A stretch of 64,000 nt of DNA, taken from assembly GCA_050949565.1 (NCBI GenBank), contig JBMNFY010000008.1, positions 256,001 through 320,000 of the forward strand, in the 5' to 3' direction. A model generated the notes under the pieces. That model made no database searches. It worked only from the letters and a program-made list of their open reading frames with translations, and was not told the origin of the DNA. The stretch is from Kiritimatiellia bacterium. Its GTDB lineage: Bacteria; Verrucomicrobiota; Kiritimatiellia; RFP12; UBA1067. Made by a program: the position numbers and the translations under genes. Position 1 is the stretch's first letter. Every line of letters starts with the position of its first letter. Below are positions 39,904 through 49,637 of the stretch, in pieces.

Positions 39904-40401
39904 ATGACTATACCCGCAATTCCTGGCAACACGTTCTATCAGAAATGGGCGGTTTTCGTCGCCACCGGCTTCGGCCTCGGCCTGATCACACCGGTCGCCC
40001 CCGGCACAGTCGGGTCGCTGCCCGGCGTGCTGCTCGCCCTGTGGGTGTCGCAGCAGCAGCTCGCCCTGCAAATCCTCGTGTGCGTCGGCATGACGCTGCT
40101 GGCGGTGCCGGTGTGCGATGTCGCCGAGCGCGTACTGGGCAAGAAAGATGACGGCCGCATCTGCGCGGACGAATGGATGCTCTTCCCGATCTGCACGATC
40201 GGCCTGCCGCTCTTGCAGCACCTCTGGCTGGTACCGCTCTGCTTCGTGGTGGCGCGCGTCTGCGACATCATCAAGCCGCCGCCAGCCCGCCAGCTTCAGG
40301 CGATCCCCGGCGGCCTCGGCATCGTGATCGACGACCTGTTCGCATCACTCTACGCGCTCGCCATCAACCACGCGCTATTCCGCGGCATCCTCGCCTTGTA
40401 A
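39904..40401 (+). CDS. pgpA: Phosphatidylglycerophosphatase A
   Basis: ATGFGLG..PVAPGTVGSL, DDGRICADE, DIIKPPP, GGLGIVIDDL. Confidence 0.92.
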   Translation: MTIPAIPGNTFYQKWAVFVATGFGLGLITPVAPGTVGSLPGVLLALWVSQQQLALQILVCVGMTLLAVPVCDVAERVLGKKDDGRICADEWMLFPICTIGLPLLQHLWLVPLCFVVARVCDIIKPPPARQLQAIPGGLGIVIDDLFASLYALAINHALFRGILAL

Positions 40402-40403
40402 TC

Positions 40404-40545
40404 GCTTATTGCGACCACTCAGTGGTCGCAATAAGTCCCGCGACCCGCGACTTGCGACTTGCAGCCAGCCCTGCCCTAAAAAAGCCCCCTGCGTCTCTGT
40501 GAGAGGAAACCAGAGCAGCGCAAATCTCAAATCACAAATCCTTAG
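40404..40545. repeat. Repeat mosaic between convergent genes (REP-D palindrome, GCGACTT and AAATCTC heptamers)
   Basis: ttattgcgaccactcagtggtcgcaataa; cgcgacccgcgacttgcgacttgc; caaatctcaaatcacaaatcct. Confidence 0.85.
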
Positions 40546-41234
40546 TGCCCCTCGTGTGAGGAACAACTTGTATTCTCTGGCTCCGGCTCCGGTTCGCGTA
40601 CCCGGTGGCCGAAACGCTTCGGTGCCAGCATGCCCCCCGAGACGATCATCTTGACGCCGTCTTCCACCGGGATGTCAGTAAAGCAGACGTCCTCCTCGGG
40701 AAACAGGATCAGAAAACCGGAGGTCGGATTCGGCGTCGTGGCCACAAAAACCGCATAGAGCTTCCGCTCGTTGGGATCGATGATGGTCCCCGTCACGAAA
40801 CCGATGGTATAGGTGCCGCGTCGCGGGTACTCCACCACCACCACCGCTTCGAACGTCGTCTTGCTGCCCACGGAGAAGGCGTCCACCACCTGCTTGGAGG
40901 CGGAGTAAATGGTTTTCACAATCGGCAGGCGCAACAGCACGCCCTCGCCGAACTGGATCAGGCGACGCCCGATAAAGTGCGTGGTCACCACCCCGACTAC
41001 ATACAGGCCCGCCACCGTCACCACCAACGCGATCAAGGCCAAGACCGTCTCGCTTACCTCGCCCAGCCAAGGGCGCAGCAACGGCCGGGCAAAGGCGGTC
41101 AGCCAGTTGAACAGCAGACGCAGGATGAATACAGTGATCACGAGCGGGATCAACACCAGCAAACCCGACACCAGCCGGTTGCGGATGTGAATCCCGACAC
41201 GTCCCGAGACCGATTGTTTAGCAGGATTTTTCAT
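40542..41234 (-). CDS. DUF502 family membrane protein
   Basis: [52 protein letters not shown]. Confidence 0.9.
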   Translation of the reverse strand: MKNPAKQSVSGRVGIHIRNRLVSGLLVLIPLVITVFILRLLFNWLTAFARPLLRPWLGEVSETVLALIALVVTVAGLYVVGVVTTHFIGRRLIQFGEGVLLRLPIVKTIYSASKQVVDAFSVGSKTTFEAVVVVEYPRRGTYTIGFVTGTIIDPNERKLYAVFVATTPNPTSGFLILFPEEDVCFTDIPVEDGVKMIVSGGMLAPKRFGHRVREPEPEPENTSCSSHEGH

Positions 41235-41964
41235 TTTGAGCGGCTGCATAGTTTGCGGAGGCAAAGGACCAGTTCATCAATTTGTCCAGCACGGCCTTCA
41301 CATAATCCGCGCGGCGGTTCTGCCAGTCCAGATAGTAGGCGTGCTCCCATACGTCGATGGTCAGCAGTGGCGTGGTACCTTTCTGCGTAAATGGCGTCTC
41401 GGCGTTCGGCGTCTTGACCACGCTGACCGCGCCTTGCTTCGCCACAAGCCAAGCCCAACCGCTGCCGAACTGGGTCAGCGCCGCATCGGACAGCGCCTTT
41501 TTACAGGCATCCAATGAGCCGAAGGCCGCATTGATCGCCGCAGCCAGTTCTGCCGACGGTGCGCCGCCGCTGCCGGCCGGCGCCAGCGACTTCCAGTAAA
41601 AGGTGTGGTTCCAGACCTGCGCCGCATTGTTGAAGATCGCCGTGTGCTCCGCACTTCCGGCCGTCGCACAGACCACCGCCTCCAACGACTGCCCCGCGAA
41701 GGGCGAATCCGGCAACAGCTTGTTGAGGGTGTTCACATACCCCTGATGGTGCTTGCCATAGTGGAAGCTCAACGTCTGCGCCGAGATCTGCGGTGCCAGC
41801 GCGTCCTGACCATACGGCAACGGCGGCAGTGCAATCGGCGCACCAGCCGCCGCACGGCAAGCACCCTTGGGTGCAGTCGCGCAACCCGCCGCCGCGCCCG
41901 CAGCCGCCACCATGAAGGTCCGGCGCGACACCGTGCATAAACGTGAGAGATTCGCTTGATTCAT
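41218..41964 (-). CDS. sodB: Fe-type superoxide dismutase with a Tat (lipoprotein) signal
   Basis: [39 protein letters not shown]; N-terminal SRRTFM...AAGC. Confidence 0.93.
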   Translation of the reverse strand: MNQANLSRLCTVSRRTFMVAAAGAAAGCATAPKGACRAAAGAPIALPPLPYGQDALAPQISAQTLSFHYGKHHQGYVNTLNKLLPDSPFAGQSLEAVVCATAGSAEHTAIFNNAAQVWNHTFYWKSLAPAGSGGAPSAELAAAINAAFGSLDACKKALSDAALTQFGSGWAWLVAKQGAVSVVKTPNAETPFTQKGTTPLLTIDVWEHAYYLDWQNRRADYVKAVLDKLMNWSFASANYAAAQNEKSC

Positions 41965-41992
41965 GATCTCATCCTTTCTTTCCAGCTTGTTA

Positions 41993-42093
41993 AGGGCCTT
42001 GCCCCCCCCGCTCGTGGCATGGGCGTCCCGCCCATGAAACACGGGCAAGATGCCCGTGCCACACCTGCGAGCAAGGGGTTTGCAAGAGCCCCT
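41993..42093 (-). mobile_element. 101-bp MITE copy
   Basis: Same TIR + REP-B doublet as 20631-20731, inverted; GTTA duplicated at 41989-92 and 42094-97. Confidence 0.85.
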
Positions 42094-42109
42094 GTTATCT
42101 GTCTGCGTG

Positions 42110-42907
42110 TTAAAAAACGGCCGACACCGAGAGGCCGCCCCACAGAATATCCTCATCCCAATACGGCGTCGCGTCACGCGCGTCACTATCGACCAGCGAC
42201 ATCCACGCGACACGACCACCGACCGACACCGAATCGGTCAGCGCGAAATCCGCATAGACCGCCGCATTGAAATCCATCAGCCCCGCGTCGTCGGTTCCGA
42301 CATACGTCATGTAGTCATCATCGCCTGCGCCCAGCGACATCTCCGCGCCCAGCGTGAGTTGATCGGTAAGCGCGACCTCCTTGTTGAGGCCAACGCTCAG
42401 GTAAAAGCCGTCATAGTTCCCGTAGTCGTATGCCAAGTTGGCGAACGGCGTGACCCAATCACTGTTGTAAGCCGCATACAGGTAAACCTCACGCGTACTG
42501 GGTCGATAGTCCGGACCGTTCGCACGCGGAAAGGTGTACCAGACATGCCCGATCTCCAACGCGACATCCCCCGCGTCGATCTTGTAAAAGAGCTGGTAGT
42601 CAATCTCATTCAATCCGCCGCCGGCCACCTGGCCATTGCGGTCGGTCAGGTCGAAATTGCTCCAGAACCCGGCACCGAACGTGCCGTACTCCGCTGCGGC
42701 GTAGGTCAGCTTGGCCGCAGGCTGAAAGACCGGGCGATCATTGTACACGCCTCCGCGCCAGACATAGGCCGAGAACAGATCCGCCGCAGCGTCCATCCCC
42801 CATCCGGCTTCCGCACACTCCCCTTGCGCGACAACCGGTGCCTCCTGTGCCACCAGGCCCGTTGCCACCGCCATCGCCACTACCATCATCCATGTCTTCA
42901 TCAACAT
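42110..42907 (-). CDS. Outer-membrane beta-barrel protein (TIGR02001/MipA-like)
   Basis: Signal peptide, [21 protein letters not shown], terminal Phe (SVSAVF). Confidence 0.7.
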   Translation of the reverse strand: MLMKTWMMVVAMAVATGLVAQEAPVVAQGECAEAGWGMDAAADLFSAYVWRGGVYNDRPVFQPAAKLTYAAAEYGTFGAGFWSNFDLTDRNGQVAGGGLNEIDYQLFYKIDAGDVALEIGHVWYTFPRANGPDYRPSTREVYLYAAYNSDWVTPFANLAYDYGNYDGFYLSVGLNKEVALTDQLTLGAEMSLGAGDDDYMTYVGTDDAGLMDFNAAVYADFALTDSVSVGGRVAWMSLVDSDARDATPYWDEDILWGGLSVSAVF

Positions 42908-43099
42908 CTCTTGTCCCCCCACCTGCCGGATCTCAATCGCCTTCCGTCCGCAAGGTTCCACCGACCGCATGATCGTATCAGACCTGACCCCCAAACGGCA
43001 ACCCGCGATTGGTGAGAAAATGTAATCGGTTAGCCCGCCGCCCGCGCTTCGCACGGGAATGTAAATGAGGATAAATTTGATCGTGTAAGTTATAGACAA

Positions 43100-43260
43100 G
43101 GAGTATTCGACTTCAGAGTTCAGCGTTCGACGTTCAGCGTTCTGAGTTAAAAACGTTTAACGCTCAACGCTCAACTTTTAACGCTCAAGTTATAGGCAAG
43201 TGACAGGGATGTGCGAAGATCATGCGTTTCTGGTGAAAAGGAAAGCAGAGAGTCGGGAGC
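43100..43260. repeat. Repeat mosaic: ~90-bp double-heptamer block plus 62-bp unique block
   Basis: 43101-43190 matches 61583-61680 and rc 22803-22893; 43199-43260 matches rc 61908-61970. Confidence 0.88.
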
Positions 43261-43439
43261 AAACCACGCACTAAACTCGCATGCCCCCTCGTCGCCACCC
43301 GATTACTCCCGCTTGACTTGAAACGACGATTCGTATGAAAAGCTGGCGGTTTGATGTTGCTCAAGCCCGCGACATCCGAGAAATCGAGAGTGCGGTTGTC
43401 AGCAGTCGGGGGCAACTATGTAAAACCGGAGTGAAAAGA

Positions 43440-45710
43440 ATGACGATGAATCACAGATTGTATTTGGCGCTCGGGGCGATTGTGGCATTTTCCGTGTGCG
43501 CTGAGGACATGCCGAAGACGCCTTTCGACGGGACGACGCCCGTCACGGTCGAGACGAAGACGTTCAGGCTCGTCATCAATCCGGATGCCACCGCCAAGTC
43601 GCTGATCGTGAAGGCGACGGGCGAGGAGATGCTTGAGCCGCGCGAGGGGCTTCCGGTCTTCGCGTCGACGCAGATCCGGCCCTTCAACAACGAGATCCGC
43701 CTCGTGCAGCAGGCGAAGCGCACGACATACCCGGCGAACCGGGTCAGGCGCGAAGGTGATCTCATTTTCATCGGCTTCGAGACGGCACCCTATCAGGTCG
43801 CCGTGCGCGTGACCGAGACGGAGGCCGGGTATGCGACGTTCAGGCCCGAGCGGCTCATATCAAACACGACGGATGAGCACCAGTACTATCACTGGAACCT
43901 GGACGTGCCGCCGATCGATTCGTTCCGGCTCCTGCAGTTGCCGGTGAAGGACCGCGCGAACTTCGGCGATTGGCTGAACGTGATGTGGGACGACCATGCC
44001 TTCGTCGGTGTCATCGGCGGCACGCCGTACATGGATGTGGACAACGAGAAGCGCTGGGGCTTCCGCAAGCTGACCGTCGAGTCGCTCAAAGACTTCGGCA
44101 TCACGAACGGCGTCGCCGTCCTCGCCGTCGAATCGCAGAGGGAGCGCTTCCTGGACCAGATCGACGCCGTGGAGCGCGATCTCGGCCTGCCGCGCGGTGT
44201 GCAAAGCCGCCGCGACAGCCGCCTCAATGCGTCGCTCTACTGGACGCATGGCGATTTCAAGCCCGAGAACGTCGACGCGCTCCTCTCCTATCTGAAGAAA
44301 GGCGGCTTCCGCATGTTGCTCGTCTACTATTCCGGCATCGTCAAAGCCAAGGGCTGGCATGAGTTGCCGGACTACAGGTGGGACAACGGCTGGGACGAGG
44401 CGAAGCTCACGGCCGCCCTGAAGCGCTTCCACGACGAGGGTATTTCGGTCGGCCTGCACACGTTGCAGACGTTCATCGGTATCACGAGTTCCTACGTGAC
44501 GCCCGAGGCCGACCACCGGCTGGCACTCGTCAAACACTTCACGCTCGCGAGGCCGCTGCCGCTCTCGGAAGAGCCATGCGAAGTCTTCGTCGAGGAGAAC
44601 CCCGTCGCCGCGCCGATGCATCCGAAGTGCCGCGTCCTCAAGTTCGGCACCGAGGTGCTCTCGTACGAGGGCTACACCACGACGCGGCCCTACAAGTTTA
44701 CCGGCGTGAAGCGCCGGCACTTCGGCACCCACGCGAAGGCCCATCCGCTCGGCGAGATCGGCGGCGTGCTGGGCATCAGCGAGGCTGGGGCCGTTTCGAG
44801 TTACGTCAACCAGGACTCCTCATGGCAGGATGAAATCGCCGAAAAGATCGCTGCCATCTACAGGTGCGGGCTCGACTTCCTCTACTTCGACGGTTCGGAG
44901 AACGCGAACACGCCCTGTACGGTCAACATCTCGCTTTCGCAGTATCGCTGCGTGAATGCGTGTACGGCGCAGTCGGGCAAGGCGCCGCTCTTCACCCAAG
45001 GGTGTGCCAAGAGCCACTTCGGCTGGCATTTCCAGAGCGGCGCGAATGCCTTCGACGTGTTCGGGCCGGAGATCTTCAAGCAGAAGATCATCGAGTACCC
45101 GTATGCCGCGGCGCAGCGACTGGCAAAGGACTTTACACGCGTCGACTTCGGATGGTGGGGGTTCTGGCCTGCACAGCTCGACGGGCCGCCTCCTGCGCAG
45201 GAGGGCCTTTTCCGATCCGGAAGACGCACTGTGGGCACGCAACCGGATATCTGGGAATATGGAACGAGCAAAGCCGCAGCTTTCGATTGTCCGGCCACGA
45301 TGCAGTTTTCGCTCAGCACCTTGCAGAAACATCGGCGAACGGATGATATTCTCGAGACGATACGCCGGTGGGAGGATGTGCGCGCACGCAAATGGCTGAC
45401 GCCCGAGCAGAAGGAGCTTCTCAAAGATCCGGCGCGTGAGTTCCACCTCGTGGACGATGGCAAAGGCGGCTACGATCTTGTGGAATGGAAACAGCTTGAC
45501 GTGGCGGGCGACAAATGGACGCCCGTGCGCGCGTTCCTCTACGAACGGCACGGCAAGCGGGTCGTCGCCTACTGGCATATCGCAGACAAGGCCCGGCTCG
45601 TCCTGCCCAACGGTTTGCCGACACTTGAGGCCGAAAACATGAAGACGTTGGAATCGGATCTGTCCGAAGCAGAAATCGTCCGTGCGTTCGCTGCGGCAAA
45701 GATCGAATGA
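43440..45710 (+). CDS. Secreted hypothetical protein, probable TIM-barrel glycoside hydrolase
   Basis: Signal peptide; GFRMLLVY...RFHDEGISVGLH...GLDFLYFDGSE pattern resembling clan GH-D-like enzymes. Confidence 0.5.
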   Translation: MTMNHRLYLALGAIVAFSVCAEDMPKTPFDGTTPVTVETKTFRLVINPDATAKSLIVKATGEEMLEPREGLPVFASTQIRPFNNEIRLVQQAKRTTYPANRVRREGDLIFIGFETAPYQVAVRVTETEAGYATFRPERLISNTTDEHQYYHWNLDVPPIDSFRLLQLPVKDRANFGDWLNVMWDDHAFVGVIGGTPYMDVDNEKRWGFRKLTVESLKDFGITNGVAVLAVESQRERFLDQIDAVERDLGLPRGVQSRRDSRLNASLYWTHGDFKPENVDALLSYLKKGGFRMLLVYYSGIVKAKGWHELPDYRWDNGWDEAKLTAALKRFHDEGISVGLHTLQTFIGITSSYVTPEADHRLALVKHFTLARPLPLSEEPCEVFVEENPVAAPMHPKCRVLKFGTEVLSYEGYTTTRPYKFTGVKRRHFGTHAKAHPLGEIGGVLGISEAGAVSSYVNQDSSWQDEIAEKIAAIYRCGLDFLYFDGSENANTPCTVNISLSQYRCVNACTAQSGKAPLFTQGCAKSHFGWHFQSGANAFDVFGPEIFKQKIIEYPYAAAQRLAKDFTRVDFGWWGFWPAQLDGPPPAQEGLFRSGRRTVGTQPDIWEYGTSKAAAFDCPATMQFSLSTLQKHRRTDDILETIRRWEDVRARKWLTPEQKELLKDPAREFHLVDDGKGGYDLVEWKQLDVAGDKWTPVRAFLYERHGKRVVAYWHIADKARLVLPNGLPTLEAENMKTLESDLSEAEIVRAFAAAKIE

Positions 45711-45856
45711 CTGTTTTTTATCGTTCTTGCCATCTATCTTTTTCTTTTTGTTGATTGTTGAAGCTTGGAGAACCAGACGAAGGCGGTGATTTTTTGTATT
45801 GCGAGAGCTTTGTCTGGGAGAAGTGGGGATGTAAAAGGTTTATTCAGAATAGGCTT

Positions 45857-45957
45857 GAGGTTCTTGCGAAACCCTTTGCTTGCAGGCGTGGCACGGGCAT
45901 CTTGCCCGTGTTTCATGGGCGGGACGCCCATGCCACGAGGGGTTTTGCAGAACCCCT
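45857..45957 (+). mobile_element. 101-bp MITE copy
   Basis: GAGGTTCTTGCGAAACCCTT...AGGGGTTTTGCAGAACCCCT enclosing the identical REP-B doublet; no clear TSD. Confidence 0.85.
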
Positions 45958-45989
45958 GACGAAACATTTGAAAGGCTGCCGATGAAAAA

Positions 45990-46331
45990 ATGAAACGTTT
46001 GCGCATTCTTCACTGGCTCCCGCTTTGGGGTTGCTTGCTTCGCCTTGCAGGTTGTCGAGGAGACGTTTTAAAAACCGCTTCAAAATTGACCCCCGACTTT
46101 TCAACGAATGAAGTGTATGCCCTCTTTTCTGACTATGAAGTTATGTCGATAAAGACCGGGGGTGTTGCGCACATCAGCAGGGACGCGGTAATGTTCCGTA
46201 GCCATGTTCCGGTCGCCTTAAGAATCACATTTGCCCCCCGCAGACGTTGGTTTCACACGTTTGAAAGTTGTAAAATCTACTTTGACGCAGATGGCAAGGC
46301 CCTCGGATATTACTACGAACGACCTGACTAG
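45990..46331 (+). CDS. Small hypothetical lipoprotein
   Basis: MKR-hydrophobic-LAGC lipobox; C-terminal IYFDADGK; AT-richer than its neighbours. Confidence 0.55.
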   Translation: MKRLRILHWLPLWGCLLRLAGCRGDVLKTASKLTPDFSTNEVYALFSDYEVMSIKTGGVAHISRDAVMFRSHVPVALRITFAPRRRWFHTFESCKIYFDADGKALGYYYERPD

Positions 46332-46359
46332 TGCTGTGTTGCGATTAAAAAACCAAAAT

Positions 46360-46425
46360 CGGAAACGCTCAACGTTCAACGTTCAACGCCCAAGTTATAC
46401 GGCTCGCGGAGACGCTCGCCCGAGC
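46360..46425. repeat. AACGTTC heptamers plus REP-C variant
   Basis: aacgctcaacgttcaacgttcaacgcccaagttata; ggctcgcggagacgctcgccc. Confidence 0.8.
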
Positions 46426-46491
46426 TTCGTGTCTTCGCACGAAAAAGCAGAGCGCTGCTTTACACGGCTTTTTAGAATGCCGTCACCGGCC

Positions 46492-46520
46492 TTGACATCC
46501 TTCGTACGGTCATAGATAAT
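46492..46520 (+). promoter_or_regulatory. Sigma70-type promoter
   Basis: TTGACA-N17-GATAAT, then a GGAGG RBS. Confidence 0.65.
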
Positions 46521-46553
46521 ATCGCCACATCCGAAAGAGAAACGGAGGCTAAC

Positions 46554-46964
46554 ATGAAAAGCAAGTCCAAAAAAACAGTGAAAACTGAGGTGTCGGCCAA
46601 GCCACAGGCAAAGCCGTTGGCAAAATCGGCACCGAAAAAGACGCCCGCCAAATGTGCGGCCAAGGCGCCCGCCAAGTGCGCGGCAAAGAAGGCGGCCCCG
46701 AAAAACCAGCGTGTTGTGTTCTGCGTGCGCGCAGAACCGGGCAGCAAGGTTTTCCTGGCCGGAAGTTTCAACAACTGGAATCCAACCGCAAAGAAAATGG
46801 TCGACAAGAAAGCCGACGGCACCTTTGTGGTCGCGCTCCAACTCCCCCCCGGCGAGTATCAATACAAGTTTGTGATCGACGGGACATGGTGTGCAGATCC
46901 TGAGTGTCCGGACTGGGTTCAAAACGACCATGGTACGCTGAACAGTGTGAAGCGCGTCGACTAA
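46554..46964 (+). CDS. Glycogen-binding (CBM48/AMPK-beta-like) protein with a Lys/Ala/Pro-rich N-terminus
   Basis: VFLAGSFNNW, LPPGEYQYKFVIDGTW, NDHGTLNSV; AKCAAKAPAKCAAKKAAPK tail. Confidence 0.88.
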   Translation: MKSKSKKTVKTEVSAKPQAKPLAKSAPKKTPAKCAAKAPAKCAAKKAAPKNQRVVFCVRAEPGSKVFLAGSFNNWNPTAKKMVDKKADGTFVVALQLPPGEYQYKFVIDGTWCADPECPDWVQNDHGTLNSVKRVD

Positions 46965-47004
46965 TTGCCGCGCACGACACCTGATCGGTGTAAAAGGATC
47001 AGTC

Positions 47005-48033
47005 ATGCCGGGAAAACGACCGCGCTTAGCAGTAACAATCGGTGATGCTGCGGGGGTCGGCCCGGAACTGGTCTTACGGCTGGCATCTGACTCCGATATT
47101 GCGGAGCAGTGCCAGCTTTTTATTTACGGCAACCATGAAATCTTGCAACGGGTCGCCGCATCGGCCGGACTGACCCTATCGCGTTCGTTGCAGATATGTT
47201 CTGGCCCCACACGGGCGGCGGACGCGCACAACACGGGGAAGCACATTTTATACGACTTCCCCTTTGACGAGGCCGCGACCATCACGCCGGGCCGCGTGCA
47301 TGCGGCGTGCGGACGCCACGCGCACGCGTGGATCTGTGAAGCGGTCCGCGACATCCAGACCGGCCGTGCGGACGTCTTGGTCACCGCCCCCATCAACAAA
47401 GCCGCACTGCACGCGGCGGGCATTCAGGTGCCGGGCCACACTGAACTGCTCGCCAGCCTGACCAACGGCGCGACGCCGTGCATGGCCTTCCATTCCGACC
47501 GCGTGTTCGTCTCGCTGGCGACCATCCATGAAGCACTTCGCGATGTGCCCGGCCTGCTCACAATACCGGGTCTGCTCCATACGATCCGCCTCACCTGCGA
47601 CGCCTGCGCGCGCTTCAAGGGTGGACAGCCCCGCATCGCCGTCTTGGCGCTGAATCCACACGCGGGAGAGGGCTGCCTGTTCGGCAATGAAGAACACGAG
47701 GTCATCGCGCCGGCAATCGCCGCAGCGCGCGCCGAGGGACTCGCGGTGTCGGGTCCGCTCGTGCCGGACACCGCTTTCACTTGGCTGGCCGCCGGTCAGC
47801 CGTCCCCCTACGACGGTTACGTGGCCATGTACCACGACCAAGGTTTGATCCCCTTCAAAATGGCGGCCTTCGATACCGGCGTCAACGTCACGCTGGGACT
47901 GCCCCTGATCCGAACCTCGCCTGACCACGGTACGGCATTCGACATTGCCTGGCAAGGCAAAGCCGCCCCCACGAGTTTCGCCTGCGCGATCCGGTTGGCC
48001 GCGCGCATGGTCAACTCGGGAGACAAACAATAG
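47005..48033 (+). CDS. pdxA: 4-hydroxythreonine-4-phosphate dehydrogenase
   Basis: GDAAGVGPE, TAPINK, GHTELLA, LNPHAGE, MYHDQG, IRTSPDHGTAFDIA. Confidence 0.95.
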   Translation: MPGKRPRLAVTIGDAAGVGPELVLRLASDSDIAEQCQLFIYGNHEILQRVAASAGLTLSRSLQICSGPTRAADAHNTGKHILYDFPFDEAATITPGRVHAACGRHAHAWICEAVRDIQTGRADVLVTAPINKAALHAAGIQVPGHTELLASLTNGATPCMAFHSDRVFVSLATIHEALRDVPGLLTIPGLLHTIRLTCDACARFKGGQPRIAVLALNPHAGEGCLFGNEEHEVIAPAIAAARAEGLAVSGPLVPDTAFTWLAAGQPSPYDGYVAMYHDQGLIPFKMAAFDTGVNVTLGLPLIRTSPDHGTAFDIAWQGKAAPTSFACAIRLAARMVNSGDKQ

Positions 48034-48035
48034 AT

Positions 48036-48251
48036 ATGCGCAGGCTTGGGGTCATTGTTTTTTCGATCTTGTCGCTTGTGATTCTTCTTTATGCGTTTCT
48101 GGCCATTGTTGAGTATGTAACTGGCTCTTCTGACGGAACACCGGCCGTAGGCTTCGGTCTCCCTCTCATGGTGATACCCTTCGCGACTTTAGTAGGGATG
48201 CCGCTTGTGTTTGTTCTGTTTTGTTTGGCACTGCGCTCGCGAAAAAAATAG
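48036..48251 (+). CDS. Small two-TM hypothetical protein
   Basis: Two hydrophobic stretches and a basic C-terminus; AT-richer; 2 nt after the pdxA stop. Confidence 0.5.
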   Translation: MRRLGVIVFSILSLVILLYAFLAIVEYVTGSSDGTPAVGFGLPLMVIPFATLVGMPLVFVLFCLALRSRKK

Positions 48252-48339
48252 AAAAGGTACGGCGAGACGCCGCAGACCGCCCTATTGCCGTCCAAGTCCA
48301 TCCATCAGGCTCACACCGTGTTGAAAGAGTGAGAGCAAG

Positions 48340-48610
48340 GACGGGCAAATGAACTTGAAAGTTGAGCGTTGAACGTTGAGCGTTCATCGGGAATCCGGCG
48401 CGGTCAGTGCGCGGAGTCACAGCCCCGAAGAGGCGGCCTTACCCTTGCGAAGCGCCGACGGACGAGCGCCCCCACGAGCCGCACTTAGTCGCAACACGTC
48501 GTCGTTTACACCTAGTCCAAACACTTTGTCGCTAGCGCAATCGACTAGGTGTAGCGACTAAGCGTAACCGACTAAGTGTGTGGGACTGAGTGTGGGGGAC
48601 TAAGCGTTCT
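48340..48610. repeat. Repeat mosaic including an inverted 13-14-mer array (CACTTAGTCG x4 / CGACTAAGTG x5)
   Basis: Units at 48482, 48495, 48509, 48522 and inverted units at 48542, 48555, 48569, 48583, 48597; GCGTTGA heptamers at 48355. Confidence 0.85.
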
Positions 48611-48627
48611 CGCGCGTTGCGCGGAAG

Positions 48628-49632
48628 TCACACGGGCAGAAACTCTGCGGTGACGAATCCGCCGGCGGCATTGGCGGCCGTGACGATCTGCGGGATGCCG
48701 TTCACGCAGTCGAGCGAGGGCCTGTGGATATGGCCTGCGAACACGCCGAGCAGATTCGGCGCCGCGAACACATCGCGCCTGAAAGACAGCGTGGTCGGCG
48801 TATGTCCGGCTTCGGGCCACTTCATGCGTCGCTCGATCTGCCAATTCTTGTCGCGTGACGCATTCCAGTCGGGATGGCCGCATCCGAACCCAATACCGCG
48901 ACCAGGCGCATAAAGCGGAATGTGCATGAAAAGCGCCAACGGCATACCGCTGGCCACCTGCTCGCGGAAGAAAGCAGCCTGCTCCGGCAGAATCTCATAG
49001 GTCGAGTCGTCAATCACCACGGCGCGCACGCCGCCCACATCTACCGCCGCCATCAGCGGATGACGTCCCTGATACAAGGGCGCGAGGCGTTGCGCCGTCC
49101 ACGTCGCGCGCAGGTCATGGCTCGTGCCCTCCATGCCTTCGTAATGCCAGTCGTGGTTTCCCGCGATGTAGAGGTAAGGCACGCCGGATGCCTGCAAGCG
49201 CGCATGCGCCCACTCGACAGCGGCTTCAGAGGGAAAGCTCAGGATGTCGCCCACCAGCACCAGCAATGCCACGCGCTCTTCGCGGGCACGCGACAGTGCC
49301 TCCTCGAAACACGCCTGCGGTGTCGTCGACGCACCGGTCGCCACATGCTTCGTCGTATTGTAGGCTTTCGCCATCCGTCCGCTGTAGGACTGATACGGTT
49401 CACCGCGCGCATCATCCAGAAAGAGATGCGTATCGCCGATCACCATGATCTTCAGCGGCGCACGCACCGCCGGGCTGAAGATCCGCAGACGTTCCGCATC
49501 AAGTGCGAACCCGCCCCGCAGACAGCGCGCGGGCGGCTGAGAAGAGGCTGCGGACGCGCCTTCACTGCGGACAACGGCCGCCGTTCCGGCGACCGCCGCC
49601 ATTTGCAAAAACCGTCTACGCGCAACAGACAC
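48628..49632 (-). CDS. Tat-exported calcineurin-like metallophosphoesterase
   Basis: ARRRFL Tat motif; GDTH, VGDI, AGNHD, FMH, AGHIH. Confidence 0.88.
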   Translation of the reverse strand: MSVARRRFLQMAAVAGTAAVVRSEGASAASSQPPARCLRGGFALDAERLRIFSPAVRAPLKIMVIGDTHLFLDDARGEPYQSYSGRMAKAYNTTKHVATGASTTPQACFEEALSRAREERVALLVLVGDILSFPSEAAVEWAHARLQASGVPYLYIAGNHDWHYEGMEGTSHDLRATWTAQRLAPLYQGRHPLMAAVDVGGVRAVVIDDSTYEILPEQAAFFREQVASGMPLALFMHIPLYAPGRGIGFGCGHPDWNASRDKNWQIERRMKWPEAGHTPTTLSFRRDVFAAPNLLGVFAGHIHRPSLDCVNGIPQIVTAANAAGGFVTAEFLPV

Positions 49633-49637
49633 AAAGC

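Noticed and set aside
43200-43260. Cobalamin riboswitch-like GGTGAAAAGGAAAG
   Set aside because: There is no GCCACTG/B12-box continuation, and the segment recurs inverted in another repeat island.
48482-48606. Possible mini-CRISPR or guide-RNA array
   Set aside because: The period is only 13-14 bp with 3-4 nt between cores, too short for spacers, and there is no adjacent effector gene.
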